A stretch of DNA of 64,000 bases from Macrostomum lignano (lineage: Eukaryota), in contig NIVC01001106.1 in assembly GCA_002269645.1 (NCBI GenBank), positions 124,001 through 188,000 of the forward strand. The letters are read 5' to 3'. The notes under the pieces were generated by a model, which did no database searches, was not told the DNA's origin, and worked only from the letters and a program-made list of their open reading frames with translations. Shown here one piece after another: positions 1-13,171 of the stretch. Numbering within the stretch: position 1 is the first letter of the stretch; each line of letters starts with the position of its first letter. Both the position numbers and the translations under genes were made by a program.

Positions 1-2314
1 GGATTTCGCCATTTAAATAAAGAATTATAAAACCAGTATTGTGTAAACTTGATAGAAAGCAATTATTCTAGTAGGTGATTAAAAAGTATGTATGTATTTA
101 GTCAATATCAAATATCAAATATATAGATAGATAGCAATATTACTATATTAGACATTTAAAATTAGACATTTTTTATATAAATATACCAACTGAAAACAGG
201 GCATTTAAAGCAAAGATTTAGGTAGGCATTAATTGTTTGTAGGTAAAGTATTTATAATATATGGATAGACATGTAATGCAATAGCAATAGCATTGGTATT
301 TATAAATGAAAATAGGTACAAACATGCAAAAAGGAGATATAGCAAAAGGGGGTATCTAGCTTTGAGGAGTCTGTCACAATAGATTCGATTGGTGTAAAAG
401 TAAGATAGGTAGTAACAGCATGGTATACATGGGATATTGTCTAATTTTTCATGTTGGTTGTGGAGGAAGATTATTTATTGAGTTTATAAATCTTCTTAAT
501 AGCTAGCAGGTCTTTTTTAGTTTTGCTTTTATTTGTTTAACAAATGTGGTGCAAATTATATAGCAAAAAGATTTATGAAGTAAAAGACCATCATTTCCCA
601 CAGTCTATTTTATTACAGTTATGCTAGAAATCTATGGTATAAGTCTTAAATTAGCTTTAGTATAAATGCCTAGCAGAAAAACCAATTGAAATTTTTTTGG
701 TTAAAATGGCTAGTATTTTAATTATATAAGATTTTTTGGTATGTTTTCATTGAAAAAACAGAGTCAAACAACATTATAATTCTATACATCTTTCTATAAT
801 CCAAAAGGTATGTCTTTTATACTTTATAATATTTATGTGCATATTTATTCATTTAACTATTAAAATTAAAACAAAAGCTTTAAACTTTTTAGTAATAAAA
901 ACTTATATACAAAGTTACATTAGAATCATTGCAATTTTATAAAAAATTATCAATTTTCTTTTAGCATAAGTTCAGGTATAAAACATCCCTATTGGAATAA
1001 ATGTAGAAAACCTGCAGATATGTGATATGGGGTTTAAAATTGTAGCTCAAAAATGCTATACAACACAGACCATGTTAACTTTTATACCAAATACAGATGG
1101 TGTACTAATTAGTTATTCGATGATGAGGCATTTAGCCTTAATAAGACTGTCATAGTTACTCTTGCCATTTACCCAAAACTGCACTGCATTATAACACCAC
1201 CTGCCTTGTCTCTAGCTATGACGCAACATGAGAAAATTCCAAAATTGCAATGGACAGTTGGAGGCCTTTTGTTCCACTTATTACAATAAGGTAAAACACA
1301 GTATGGATTGGTGCCTTTGATTTTATGGGTAAAAAAATATAGAGCAAAAGATAAAAATGAGTATTATAAATTTTAAAGCATTTATAAGAACTCATCAGTC
1401 TCTATATTTAGGGTGCAGTGGCAGATCTAAGAGGCAAAGGAATAGTAGCTATCCTAATAGTAGTAGGTATTCAAAATTTGAGCTTATTTGGGCTTCTTTT
1501 AAGCCAACCTCAAAAGTTTGGCCAATTTGCCCCTCCTCTTCCCTATTTAAAAATCTTAGATCCACCACTTTTTAGGTTTGAGATTTAAGCAATAAAGATT
1601 TTAATATTATATATATTGTGTAATTAGGGTAATGAAGGCTAAAGTTAAGATAAATGCTTATTAGTGACTGATAGGTTAAGCTATGAGATAGAATTACTTT
1701 CATTGTATATTTTAATAAATACATGCCAAACACCTGGCCAACCTAGCCAAATTGACTATGTGGCAAGAGATCTAGCCAAGGTAAGTGGCAAAACTGTCAA
1801 CCCAAAAAAAATTAAATGAAAAAAACAAAAGACAGAGACCATGTCTCAGCCAAAGGCAACTAAAGAGTAGCTAGTGGCAACTAAGTCACAATTTTTGGGC
1901 AAAAATTGAAGTTGCATTGGCTGGGTAAAATTTCAAAGTCAGGCATATATGTTTTGTCACTATGTTTTAGTGAATGCTAGAAAAAACATAATTAAAATTT
2001 ATGAGAAATTACAAGGATTAATTATCTATGAATATAGATATAGATAGACTACAGGAGAAATTTTATCTATGGATCTTTTCTACTTTTGTTATTGATATAT
2101 TTTGAAGATTAATATTCTCCTAATTAACTACTAACAGTAAACGGAGTGTCAAGTTCATTTAAAAAATACAAAGTCCTCTTAGCAACAGTATTTGTTTTAC
2201 AGTATATCTCTCCAGGAAAGCTGCAATCATAATACAATAGACTAGCCTTTGTTTTTTTACTTTTAAGGCAAGAGATGCCGATATAACATACTGTCTATTC
2301 GCATTTTAATGTAG

Positions 2315-2373
2315 ATGCATTCGTCAATAGCCAGGAGTGGACTCTAAATCGTGGCATTCCGGAACTTCGACTG
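2315..2373 (+). CDS. AGAP1: AGAP/centaurin-gamma exon (start of GTPase-like domain); upstream exon(s) not found in window
   Basis: tgtag|AT...CTG|gtgggt; encodes (D)AFVNSQEWTLNRGIPELRL, matching the AGAP-family AFVNSQEWTLSRSVPELKV segment. Confidence 0.9.
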
Positions 2374-2465
2374 GTGGGTAAAGAACTCTACAATTAAGTT
2401 TCTTTTAGCAATTTACACAATCATCACAAACAGCAATCAGCAAAATTCAAGCATACCTTTGTCAG

Positions 2466-2553
2466 GGCGTACTGGGCACACCTCAGTCAGGCAAGTCGGC
2501 CCTGGTGCACCGCTACCTCACTGGCTCCTATATGCTGGACGACTCGCCTGAAG
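2466..2553 (+). CDS. AGAP1: AGAP exon, P-loop of GTPase-like domain
   Basis: gtcag|GGC...GAAG|gttagc; GVLGTPQSGKSALVHRYLTGSYMLDDSPE; splice phases fit both neighbours. Confidence 0.93.
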
Positions 2554-2640
2554 GTTAGCCTATCAAGCTGTGTCTGTTTTGCTTTTCTTGACTACTAATT
2601 GGCATCCAACTAAAATCGGCTTTTGACCGTTTTATACCAT

Positions 2641-3245
2641 GGGTAATTCCCTCTGACAGTTAATTGCTGCACCAGATTGGAGCAACGGGTAATTAATTCC
2701 CTCTGACAGTTAATTGCTGCACCAGATTGGAGCAACGGGTAATTAATTCCCCCTGACAGTTAATTGCTGCACCAGATTGGAGCAACGGGTAATTAATTCC
2801 CTCTGACAGTTAATTGCTGCACCAGATTGGAGCAACGGGTAATTAATTCCCCCTGACAGTTAATTGCTGCACCAGATTGGAGCAACGGGTAATTAATTCC
2901 CTCTGACAGTTAATTGCTGCACCAGATTGGAGCAACGGGTAATTCCCTCTGACAGTTATTTGCTGCACCAGATTGGAGCCACGGGTAATTCCCTCTGACA
3001 GTTATTTGCTGCACCAGATTGGAGCCACGGGTAATTCCCTCTGACAGTTATTTGCTGCACCAGATTAGAGCCACGGGTAATTCCCTCTGACAGTTATTTG
3101 CTGCACCAGATTGGAGCCACGGGTAATTCCCTCTGACAGTTATTTGCTGCACCAGATTTGAAGCCATAGGTAATTTAATTCCCTCTGACAGTTATTTGCT
3201 GCACCAGATGAGAGCCACTAGTAATTAATTCCCTCTGACAGTTTA
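2641..3245 (+). repeat. Minisatellite, 46/50-nt unit GGGTAATT(AATT)CCCTCTGACAGTTA(A/T)TTGCTGCACCAGATTGGAGC(A/C)AC
   Basis: ~13 direct tandem copies in an AGAP intron. Confidence 0.95.
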
Positions 3246-3330
3246 CCTGCTGCTTAATTTAGTAGTGTATATTCAAGGCTTGTCCAGTTTAGTAGATTTT
3301 TTATTTTAAACATTCTCCTATGTCTAAAAG

Positions 3331-3561
3331 GCGGTCGCTTCAAAAAGGAGGTACTTGTACCGGACGTGGGCAGCTGCCTGCTGCTCATTCGCGACGAAGG
3401 CGGCCCGCCCGACTCTCAATTCGCGGCTTGGTGCGACGCCTGCGTGTTCGTGTTTGCGCTGGACTGCGCCGAGAGCCTGGACGCTGTGTATCAGTATTAC
3501 GGCAGAATGGCCCAGGGCAGGAGTCTCAATGACCTGCCTCTGCTGCTGGTTGGCACTCAAG
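3331..3561 (+). CDS. AGAP1: AGAP exon, GTPase-like domain
   Basis: aaaag|GC...CAAG|gtcagt; GRFKKEVLVPDVGSCLLLIRDEGGPPDSQFAAWCDACVFVFAL...LPLLLVGTQ (LLLIRDEGGPP is an AGAP hallmark). Confidence 0.93.
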
Positions 3562-3619
3562 GTCAGTTGTCATGCGGTTCTGACTGCTCGGGTCAGCCAG
3601 CTGCTTCTGTCTCATTCTC

Positions 3620-4130
3620 GGTTGCTGGGCCAGCCTCCCAGATCCTCAGTTGTTGCTGGGCCAGCCTCCCAGATCCTCAGTTGCTGGGCCACTGGCCTCA
3701 CAGATCCCCAGTTGCTGGGCCACCCTCCTAGATCCTCAGTTGCTGGGCCACTGGCCTCCCAGATCCTCAGTTGCTGGGCCACTGGCCTTCCAGATCCTCA
3801 GTTGCTGGGCCAGCCTCCCAGATCCCCAGTTGCTGGGCCAGCCTCCCAGATCCCCAGTTGCTGAACCAGCCTCCCAGATCCTCAGTTGCTGGGCCAGCCT
3901 CCCAGTTCCTCAGTTGCTGGGCCACTGGCCTCCCAGATCCTTTGTTGCTGAGCCACTGGCCTCCCATATCCTCAATTGCTGGGCCACTGGCCTCCCAGAT
4001 CCTTTGTTGCTGAGCCACTGGCCTCCCATATCCTCAGTTGCTGGGCCACTGGCCTCCCAGATCCTCAGTTGCTGGGCCACTGGCCTTCCAGATCCTCAGT
4101 TGCTGGGCCACTGGCCTCCCAGATCCTCAG
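3620..4130 (+). repeat. Minisatellite, 28/31-nt unit GATCCTCAGTTGCTGGGCCA(CTG)GCCTCCCA
   Basis: Tandem copies starting ~60 nt after the donor at 3562. Confidence 0.95.
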
Positions 4131-4704
4131 GTGTTGTCTGTTACCCCATCCTCTTGACTCAGAGATGAGTACTGTACTGATATAATGCTACTAATATGAT
4201 AACGCCACTTTTGTTATCAAACGTGGAGTTTATAAATATGGAAATTTTAAGTTAATAGCTCATATTTTTTTGTAGTAAATTTTATTTCCCACTCTCTCGC
4301 ATGAATTATTATGTGCGGCCAAGTATGAGTACAGAACAGGCGCTGGAGTTGCTCAAGTCCACTGGGATCTCTCTCTCTCTCTCTCATTAGCGAAACTGGA
4401 GAAGATTAGAATGCACTGTGGAATGGGTAATGCATTCCTTCCTGGGTGTGTTTCGTGTATTGGTGAGGATGTTTAACATACAAGTGATCGAAGGGGATGC
4501 CAACTCTGTTAATTTGCTCATAGCTGACTGACTCATTTACTTGGCCTGTTGCCAAGCGAATATTTCTGAATCGGAACTTGGTTTTTTCTGTGTACTTTCG
4601 TAGATTATATGGACACCATAGGCTGAACTAGACTACTGATTTCATGTTCGTCAGTAGAAAGGAGGGAATGTATAAAAGAATCTTTTCTCGAATATTCTAG
4701 ATTA

Positions 4705-4947
4705 CAGGGGTCGGCAAACTTCGGCCCTCAAAGCCTCTCTATCCGGCCCTCGGGTCTTTTAAAACTTTACAATAGCAATCCTCAAGGCTTGTGTTTCTCC
4801 TTATCTCTCTTCCCCCCTCTTCTCTCCATACTTCTCATCTCCTCTCTCTTCTCCTCTTTCCTCTCCCCTCTGGCCCGCAGTCGTGCTAGTGCGGCCCCAG
4901 AGTCACTAGAGTGGCCCTTATGCGCTAGTCACTTGGTCGCCCTCTAG
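4705..4947. mobile_element. hAT-like MITE remnant
   Basis: Left end CAGGGGTCGGCAAAC, CT-rich core, CCTCTGGCCCGCAGTC shared with 61385; degenerate right end, no TSD seen. Confidence 0.5.
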
Positions 4948-5312
4948 GTGACTCTTAGGCAACTCTTTGACGACTTTTTGTGGACTTTTACCGTGACATT
5001 GTCGTTGTAGAGTCACTTCTTTCCTATTTTATTCCTGTTACGTTAAACGATTCTGTTGAACTGTCTGTCTGAACGTTGCCTAGGTTGCCTACAACAAAAT
5101 TGTATGAAGGTACTTAATAACAATTTCTACTTCAATGCGTATATTATTTAATAGCTACCTCTACAAAATTTTATTACCTTTAATATGCTAATATCTTAAC
5201 TATGCTACTGATTTGACATGATCAGTAGGATACCTGTGACTTCACTATAAAAAAGCGCTTCGAGTAACAAATGTTGGCAATTTTCCATATTATCAACCAC
5301 AAATCCCGCCAG

Positions 5313-5447
5313 ACACGATCAGCGAGTCTCGGCCTCGCGTCATCGACGAAGTCAGATCGTTGAAGGCGGCCCATGACCTGCGCAAGTGTCCATATTTTGA
5401 AACCTGCGCCACCTACGGTCACAATGTTGATCGAGTCTTTCAAGAGG
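5313..5447 (+). CDS. AGAP1: AGAP exon, end of GTPase-like domain
   Basis: gccag|AC...GAGG|gtaagc; (D)[44 protein letters not shown]. Confidence 0.93.
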
Positions 5448-6264
5448 GTAAGCTAGATTTTTAATACTTATAATATTGGTTCAATCGCACTTACTCTTTA
5501 AACGATCATTTTTAATAGTATCAGTCATGTAAAAGCAGGGGAATATTTTAAATCTTATTAAAATATTCAATGTTTACAATTTTACAGTCCTGGTATATTT
5601 AATTTCCATATAATAATAGTATAGCTGTTGGGTGGCGTTAAATTAGTTGCTGGGGCAATACCTGCAGCTCTCGCAATCGTAAATTATTGGTGGCCTACCT
5701 GATCAGAGCCATAATAGTATATATTTTTTGAAAAAAAACTCTCAATCCAAAAGAATAATAAAATTTTAATGATATGCCCAAGCAGCTGCCTCGTCCAGTT
5801 TCCTAGCCGATTTATTAATGAGGGATTCTGGGTCTGAGCCTAGCCTGAAGGGGTTTTGTGCTTTTTTCTCTCCCTATAAGAACTCGCTTTTCAAAGATAG
5901 CTAGGTGTCTCAATCATGCGGCATGCTCTAAAATAACAAAAAAACTCGTCACAAGGCCTGAGGAATAATATGGCCGCGTTATGAACTATTATTTATTAGT
6001 TCATAGTATTCTGAACTGCTCCATCATCTGCTAGGAGACTGGGGATCCGGGATTCAGGTGACCCAATTGCTGGATAACAGTTTTTTCTCACCTCTGATCT
6101 CCCCATCTGGAGCTGGGAAGGGCATCTGGGCAATCTGTTTAGATTTGTCACAGCTTCATCACAGTTTCCCTTCCAGCCTCACTGTCTCAGTCAGTCAGTC
6201 AGTCAGTCAGTCTTCATTTGCACGACTAGAGTTGCCTAGTGGGTTTCTGTATTTTTATTTTTAG

Positions 6265-6327
6265 TTATTTTTTATTTACCGCGTGAAAGACAAAATCTAC
6301 CAAGCAGGCAGCAGATGCTTCCGCCTG
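6265..6327 (+). CDS. Candidate small AGAP linker exon
   Basis: Strong polypyrimidine acceptor (ttttattttttag) and donor gtaact, open in phase 1 (VIFYLPRERQNLPSRQQMLPP). No clear homology, and its end phase does not join 21078 directly. Confidence 0.25.
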
Positions 6328-6464
6328 GTAACTACGATCTGACACTAGAAGACTCTTTTCTGATTTATAGGCAAACCTAATACTACGAGTATCACTATGC
6401 TGCTCTCATTTCATTGTTCAGCTGCTTGGAATTTTGTTTTCAGAGTAAAATGTTTACTTCCGTT

Positions 6465-6822
<358 letters not shown>

Positions 6823-7811
6823 CACTATTTTAAATACGGTACTCTCTCCAAAAGCTTTTGCGCAGCTCTAACGCACCATTTTTGCGCGCCGAATTCCATA
6901 ACTACTCTTCCGTGCCTTGCCTGTCGAACTCCGATTCAATGAAGCATCCAAAATGATGGGTTGGATTTATGACTTATTTTGAAACTTCAGAAGAATTTAT
7001 TATACTGCCTATCCCTGGTATTGAATGAGCGCCATCAGTTCGGGGCTTAAATACGGGCTTAATCGACTGGCGCGAGTCACCATTTAATCACGCGAGCCAT
7101 ACGGCACCATTGTTGTATTGGAAAAGTCAAGCCATGCTTGCATCCCACCTTTTTGAGTCACGCGATCCCCTTTCTATACTGTGTATACACGTATGTGCCT
7201 TATGCTCCAGCTCTATCTCTTCCATTCCTAAAATTTGTAATCGCTCTACTTCAACTATGGATAGATGCTCGATAATTACTAGGTAGGATTTTGTAGCTAA
7301 AGCTTCTATATAGGATTTCCATATAGTTCATTATTTTATGTGAAGCTTCTCAACTCGGTGGTCCACATTCTCCCTGCAGACTCCTCTTATTGTTGTCCGA
7401 GAGTTGTCAAGCTGAGTGAAAATTTCAAATATTAGACACGCCCCATTCTGGCGTGTTCCTCCTCCGCGCCTGGGGTCTTTTAACCCCCCCCCCCACTTTT
7501 TTTCTCAACTACTGGTGCTGCATATCTATCGATATTTTTGTCCCACTTGCCGTATCGATATTTTAAACCCTGCCTAGGAACAGAAAAATCGTCTTATTGG
7601 GAAACTTGAAGCTATTAAATGCTTCATTTAACACTCCGGTTGATGTGGTCTTTAGAGCAGTGTCGGGCTGTCGGGCACTGTCGGATTTCCAATTGAATTC
7701 TGTTCATCGCACATTGTTTATCAGTTCTTCCTTACGTTACAAATATAGGAAACTTTGTATCCTATGCTTTCCTGGTAAATATAACCATTCTGTACTCTGT
7801 AAAGTTTCTGT

Positions 7812-7834
7812 TTGTCTGTCTGTCTGTCTGTCTT

Positions 7835-7881
<47 letters not shown>

Positions 7882-7966
7882 TAGTGTCTGCCTGCCTGTT
7901 TGTCTGCCTGTCTGTCTGCCTGCCTGTCTGTCTGTCTGTCTGTCTGTCGGTCTGTCTGTCTGTCTC

Positions 7967-8053
<87 letters not shown>

Positions 8054-8092
8054 GTCTGTCTTAGTGTCTGCCTGCCTGTCTGTCTGCCTGCC

Positions 8093-8167
<75 letters not shown>

Positions 8168-8199
8168 ATTTCTGTGCCTAGTGTCTGTCTGTCTGTCTT

Positions 8200-8275
<76 letters not shown>
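7812..8275 (+). repeat. (TGTC)n microsatellite with TAGTGTCTG interruptions
   Basis: Direct reading. Confidence 0.98.
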
Positions 8276-8276
<1 letters not shown>

Positions 8277-9189
8277 AATATGCTTCAGTAAAAACCAATC
8301 CACACTAGTCTATCGCTGCTTATTATCGTGTTCGCTCGCTCCCAGAGCCATTCAAGCTGAATTGCGAGCTTAGCAACTAGCCAGTAGGTTTAAGTAGAGT
8401 CTATATCCGGCGAGTCGGTAAGAGGTAGATGGAGAGATTAGGACGGATCATCAGTTCTATCTCTAAGGCAGATTAAACCCAATGTCAGTGGAAAAGTTGC
8501 TCACACCTCTAGCTCAAACCTGGTCCTTGATCTTAATCAGTTGGGAAATTTTCCGTTTAGTTGCGACATTGCATGCGACTCCGAGGAAAAAAAGTAATGA
8601 GTACCAAAGGACCGATTCCATTGTGCAGCTTTTTCATTGCTGTTTGTTTCCCGCAAAATTTGCTGTTCTAGTCTACAATTGCTCAGAAGTGGTCCTTGAG
8701 TTCTATAGATTTTTTATCCAAAAACTATTGATCAATGAATGCAATTGCTGTGTTGCATTTCCTTATATAATCTACTATAATAGGCCCTGCGCTATTGTTT
8801 GTGTTTGAGTTTCTCTTTGCCAGATGTATAAGTGGTTCCTGTTTTCCACTTAGAATAGTGTCGCTTGAATGAGTCTTATCGAATCAACATGTCCTGTCTG
8901 AACTTCAGCAAAGATTACCAGAGAGCTGAGAGAAAGTGGCTTTTTTCTCCTATTTTAAGCATCTTGAAGCAGTTTCACAGAGAATCGATTCTGTTTACTT
9001 TGAGTCTTTAGTTAGGTCTATATTTTGGTTTGTTAGACTAAGAACATCTGGGTAACCTGGAGGTCAGTTAAAATTGCAGAATTTCCTTTTTTTCTTACAA
9101 GGCATTGAAATATTCGCGCTTATTTTATTTAGCTTGAATATCTTTTTGGATTTGAAGAAAAGGGGTCGCTTTCTCGAGCCCAAAAATTT

Positions 9190-9575
9190 CAAGACCTAAA
9201 CTTCACATGGCCTAAACTTCACAAGACCTAAACTTCACAAGACCTAAACTTCACAAGACCTAAACTTCACAAGACCTAAACTTCACAAGACCTAAACTTC
9301 ACCTGACCTAAACTTCACCTGACCTAAACTTCACCTAACCTAAACTTCACAAGACCTAAACTTCACAAGACCTAAACTTCACAAGACCTAAACTTCACAA
9401 GACCTAAACTTCACAAGACCTAAACTTCACAAGACCTAAACTTCACAAGACCTAAACTTCACAAGACCTAAACTTCACCTGACCTAAACTTCACAAGACC
9501 TAAACTTCAGAAGACCTAGACTTCACCTGACCTAAACTTTACTTGACCTAAATTTCACATGGCCTAAATTCCACA
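9190..9575 (+). repeat. Minisatellite, 16-nt GACCTAAACTTCACAA
   Basis: Reverse complement of the 43310 array. Confidence 0.95.
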
Positions 9576-10214
9576 TGAAAGTGTCGACGTGATGAAATTG
9601 GACGCTTAAAACTTCTAGGCGATGCAAAATTTGCTGCACCGAAATCTTGATCCTTCTGAGTGGAAAGTGGAAACGATAAGAGAAAACGGTTTTACGCGTG
9701 TCCAAGTGCAGACACGCTGAGAATTTGAGAAGCGCGAGAGGACAGGTCGTTTAACAGCATGAGGTAAAAGGAAACAGGAGAACAAGTGTTTAGTTGGGTC
9801 AGACTTTCTCTTTTTAAATTTGTCTGAACTATTTCCCTTGCCTGTGTGTCTGCCTGCCTGTCCGTCTTTCCTAGCGCAATTCACGCCCAGCATGTGGTGT
9901 TTGTCTTGACTGCGACAATGCGCTGTGTTGTGCAACTTCTGCAGGCCCCGTCTTGCTAGCCAGCTGCCGCCTCTCCGCTTTTATCAATCCTTGAGCCACT
10001 GTCATTTCTCACTCTCACTCTCTGTGTGTGCGCGTGCGTTCCAATGAGATACGTGTGATGGAATTTCCGTTTGTGGTTTTATTTTCTTTCAGCTGCTCTG
10101 TGATCAAGGATTTCTACAATAGAGATTCTGGAAGGCTTCATCCATAACTTCTGGTCCAAGGATGCAACCCTTCCAATCTATGAAAAAATATTATTTTGAA
10201 TTTTTTTAATTATT

Positions 10215-10895
10215 TCGAGCTGGTGAGTTTCGAGCTTGTGATGAAGTTTCAAGCTTGTGATGAAGTTTCGAGCTTGGGCAGTTTCAAGCTTGTGATGAAG
10301 TTTCGAGCTTGTGATGAAGTTTCGAGCTTGGGAAGTTTCGAGCTTGTGCTGAAGTTTTGAGCCTGGGAAGTTTCGAGCCTGGGAATTTTCGAGCTTGTGA
10401 TGACGCTTCGAGCTTGTGATGAAGTTTCGAGCTTGGGAAGTTTCGAGCTTGTGATGACGCTTCGAGCTTGGGAAGTTTCCAGCTTGTTATGAAGTTTAGA
10501 GCTTGTGATGAAGTTTTGATGAAGTTTCGAGCTTGTGATGAAGTTTCGAGCTTGTGATGAAGTTTCGAGCTTGGGAAGTTTCGAGCTTGTGATGAAGTTT
10601 CGAGCTTGGGAAGTTTCGAGCTTGTGATGAAGTTTCGAGCTTGTGATGAAGTTCCGAGCTTGTGATGAAGTTTCGAGCTTGTGATGAAGTTTCGGGCTTG
10701 TGATGAAGTTTCGAGCTTGTGATGAAGTTTCGGGCTTGTGATGAAGTTTAGAGCTTGTGATGAAGTTTCGAGCTTGTGATGAAGTTTCGAGCTTGTGATG
10801 AAGTTTCGAGCTTGTGATGAAGTTTCGGGCTTGTGATGAAGTTTCGAGCTTGTGATAAAGTTTCGAGCTTGTAAACTGTAATGAAGCTTCGAGCT
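10215..10895 (+). repeat. Minisatellite, 19/16-nt GAAGTTTCGAGCTTG(TGAT/G)
   Basis: Direct reading. Confidence 0.95.
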
Positions 10896-11928
10896 TTACA
10901 AACGAACACTTTTCAAACTTCTCTGCGTTATAATAAATTTTGTGGAGACGCTATTCAGCTTTAAACGCGTCTTCTTGCCTTTGAAAAAAATAGGTAAATT
11001 TGAGGCAATGGAAACAGCTGTCTTTCCATAAATAGCCAAATTTGAGAAATTTCGTTGCGCCTCAAGTCAGTTGTTTTCAATCCAGATTGCTAGCTTTGAG
11101 GCGTCCGTGACTATAAAGACCGGGCTTAAATTTCAACACAATTCGACACCAAATCTTGCTGACTTTTCAACTTGAGCAGCTATTCACAAATTTGCTCCAA
11201 GCCAGAACCCCAACCCCAATTTAGGGAGATTTCTCCCCATCGTGCTCTCCCCAGCTCCCCGCGGAGGAAATTGGCTTTCACCCTCGATCCGGAATTTGGG
11301 AGCGTCCAGCTGCCCTGTCTTGGCCCACCATCTATCTACTCGACTCGGCTTACTGCCCCGTCGTAACACCTGGCCTCGTCGTGCCACTCTTTACTCACTC
11401 AGTGATCCGCTGCGGGCTTGACTAGATTCTCAAATTCACCTGGGCCCAGATCGATATCCCTTTTCACTCTACTCTCTCTTTACGATATCTATCCATCCAT
11501 CTAATCTATCCCGCATTCTCACTTCATTTTTTTGGACTTGGAAACCATTGTTTTTATTGTTGCCGTTTTCGGCATCGCATCAAGAAGATTAGGATCTCTG
11601 TGCATCGTGTTTGGGGCAACAAGAGGTGGGGGACAGCTCTGGCCTCTGTGTTATTGTATCAATTATCCAGAATACCGCTGCAACACTCGCTATCCACTTA
11701 GCAACTGAAGTGTTAGCCTTTGAAATGTGGCAACTATTGCAGATACCACCGCATCATCTTCTCGCCTTGTTTTTGTGTCCTCTCATTTTATTCCACCGTC
11801 TCAAAGAGCGGTCCGATCTGTATATTGATAGCAATTAGAAATAGCACCTTTTTCTGTTTGAATAGTAGAATGTCTCTGTTCATGCGATGTTTGCGGAGAT
11901 AACCTTGAATAATTCGGAGTAGTATACT

Positions 11929-12364
11929 CAGGGGCGTCGCCACCAGGGGGGGGGGAGGGGAGGACAGGGGGGACATGTCCCCAGTAAATGCTCTGTCCTC
12001 CGGACCTCACCCAACCTTGTGACCCGTTATGGAAATCAATAATTTTTCTTCAGGGCGACAAAATATTGTGCCTGCGACACCAAAATGAGTGCCTGTGGCG
12101 CAAAAAGGGTGCCTGTGGCGCAAAGAGGGTGCCTCTCTTAAATGAGTGCCTGCGGCGCTAAAATGTGTGCTTGCAGCGCTAAAAATGAGTGCCTGCGGCG
12201 CCAAAAATGAGTGCTTGCGGCGCTAAAATGTGTGCTTGCAGCGCCAAAAATGAGTGCCTGCGGCGCCAAAAATGAGTGCTTGCGGCGCTAAAATGAGTGC
12301 TTTTGAGATAATGTACATTCTTGACTTCTTCCCCTCCACCATAAAATCCATGGCGACGCCCCTG
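11929..12364. mobile_element. hAT-type MITE
   Basis: 14-bp TIR CAGGGGCGTCGCCA / TGGCGACGCCCCTG; identical 8-bp flanks AGTATACT (11921-11928 and 12365-12372); internal ~22-nt tandem repeats. Confidence 0.88.
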
Positions 12365-13171
12365 AGTATACTGACCACACAGTGCCTTGGTTGGATTCAT
12401 TGCGCGGCCATACTCATCTGGGGCTTGTGCTCGGCTTGGGGGTTGTGGACCGTTTTTCAGTTTATCCCACGCTTTGCCCAAGCATCACTTATTTCCTAAT
12501 GTATCGCATTTAACATTCACCCCTTTTCCCTTTGATTCTTGCTTGTAAATGTAAACCAAGTCTTTGAATCCGATATCTTTCAGTTTTTCTTGTTTCTGTC
12601 CATCTATCTATATATGTGTATTTGTATGCAGAAGAAGAATTTTAATTGGCCCTATAAGTCTACCTAAGTCCAGCTTGGTCGGGGCGCGTGGGCTCGTGGA
12701 TTCTTGAGAGACGCGGCGGTCCTTCATCAATTTATGCATCCGTGCCTGCGTCTCTCCGCTATTATATTAGTTTGTGTTTGTTAAAACCAAACCCCCCATA
12801 GAGAGGGAGAAGGAGAAGAGTGGGGACAAGTTCTCCGTGTGTGACGTCATAGCTGACCTCTACTCTTCTGTGTAAGGAGGCCGGTGCATCCTTATACCAG
12901 GTGTGTGTGTGTGTGTGGGTGTGTGTGTTTGCGTGGAAAATCTTTAATACTTAAAACGTTTATGAAAAATTATTTTTGCCCCCCTTCTATTCTGGGCCTC
13001 CTAAGGGTCGTCACGTTCTGTCCGATTTATTATCACTGCTACCTAGATAGAATGAGTTGCGTAAACTTTTTAGCTTGAATTTTTAACCAACTGGGGAAGC
13101 TACGAGTTTAAAACTTTATTATTGGAACACGTGGCTTCAATTAGTTGAATATCAATTCAGAAGGCAGTGGT

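Noticed and set aside
1540-1572. VVDLRFLN on the minus strand resembling a reverse-transcriptase motif
   Set aside because: No flanking RT motifs in any frame.
2641-3245. CRISPR-like appearance of regular arrays (also 13172, 30810, 47572)
   Set aside because: Units are head-to-tail without unique spacers, there are no cas genes, and the context is spliced eukaryotic genes.
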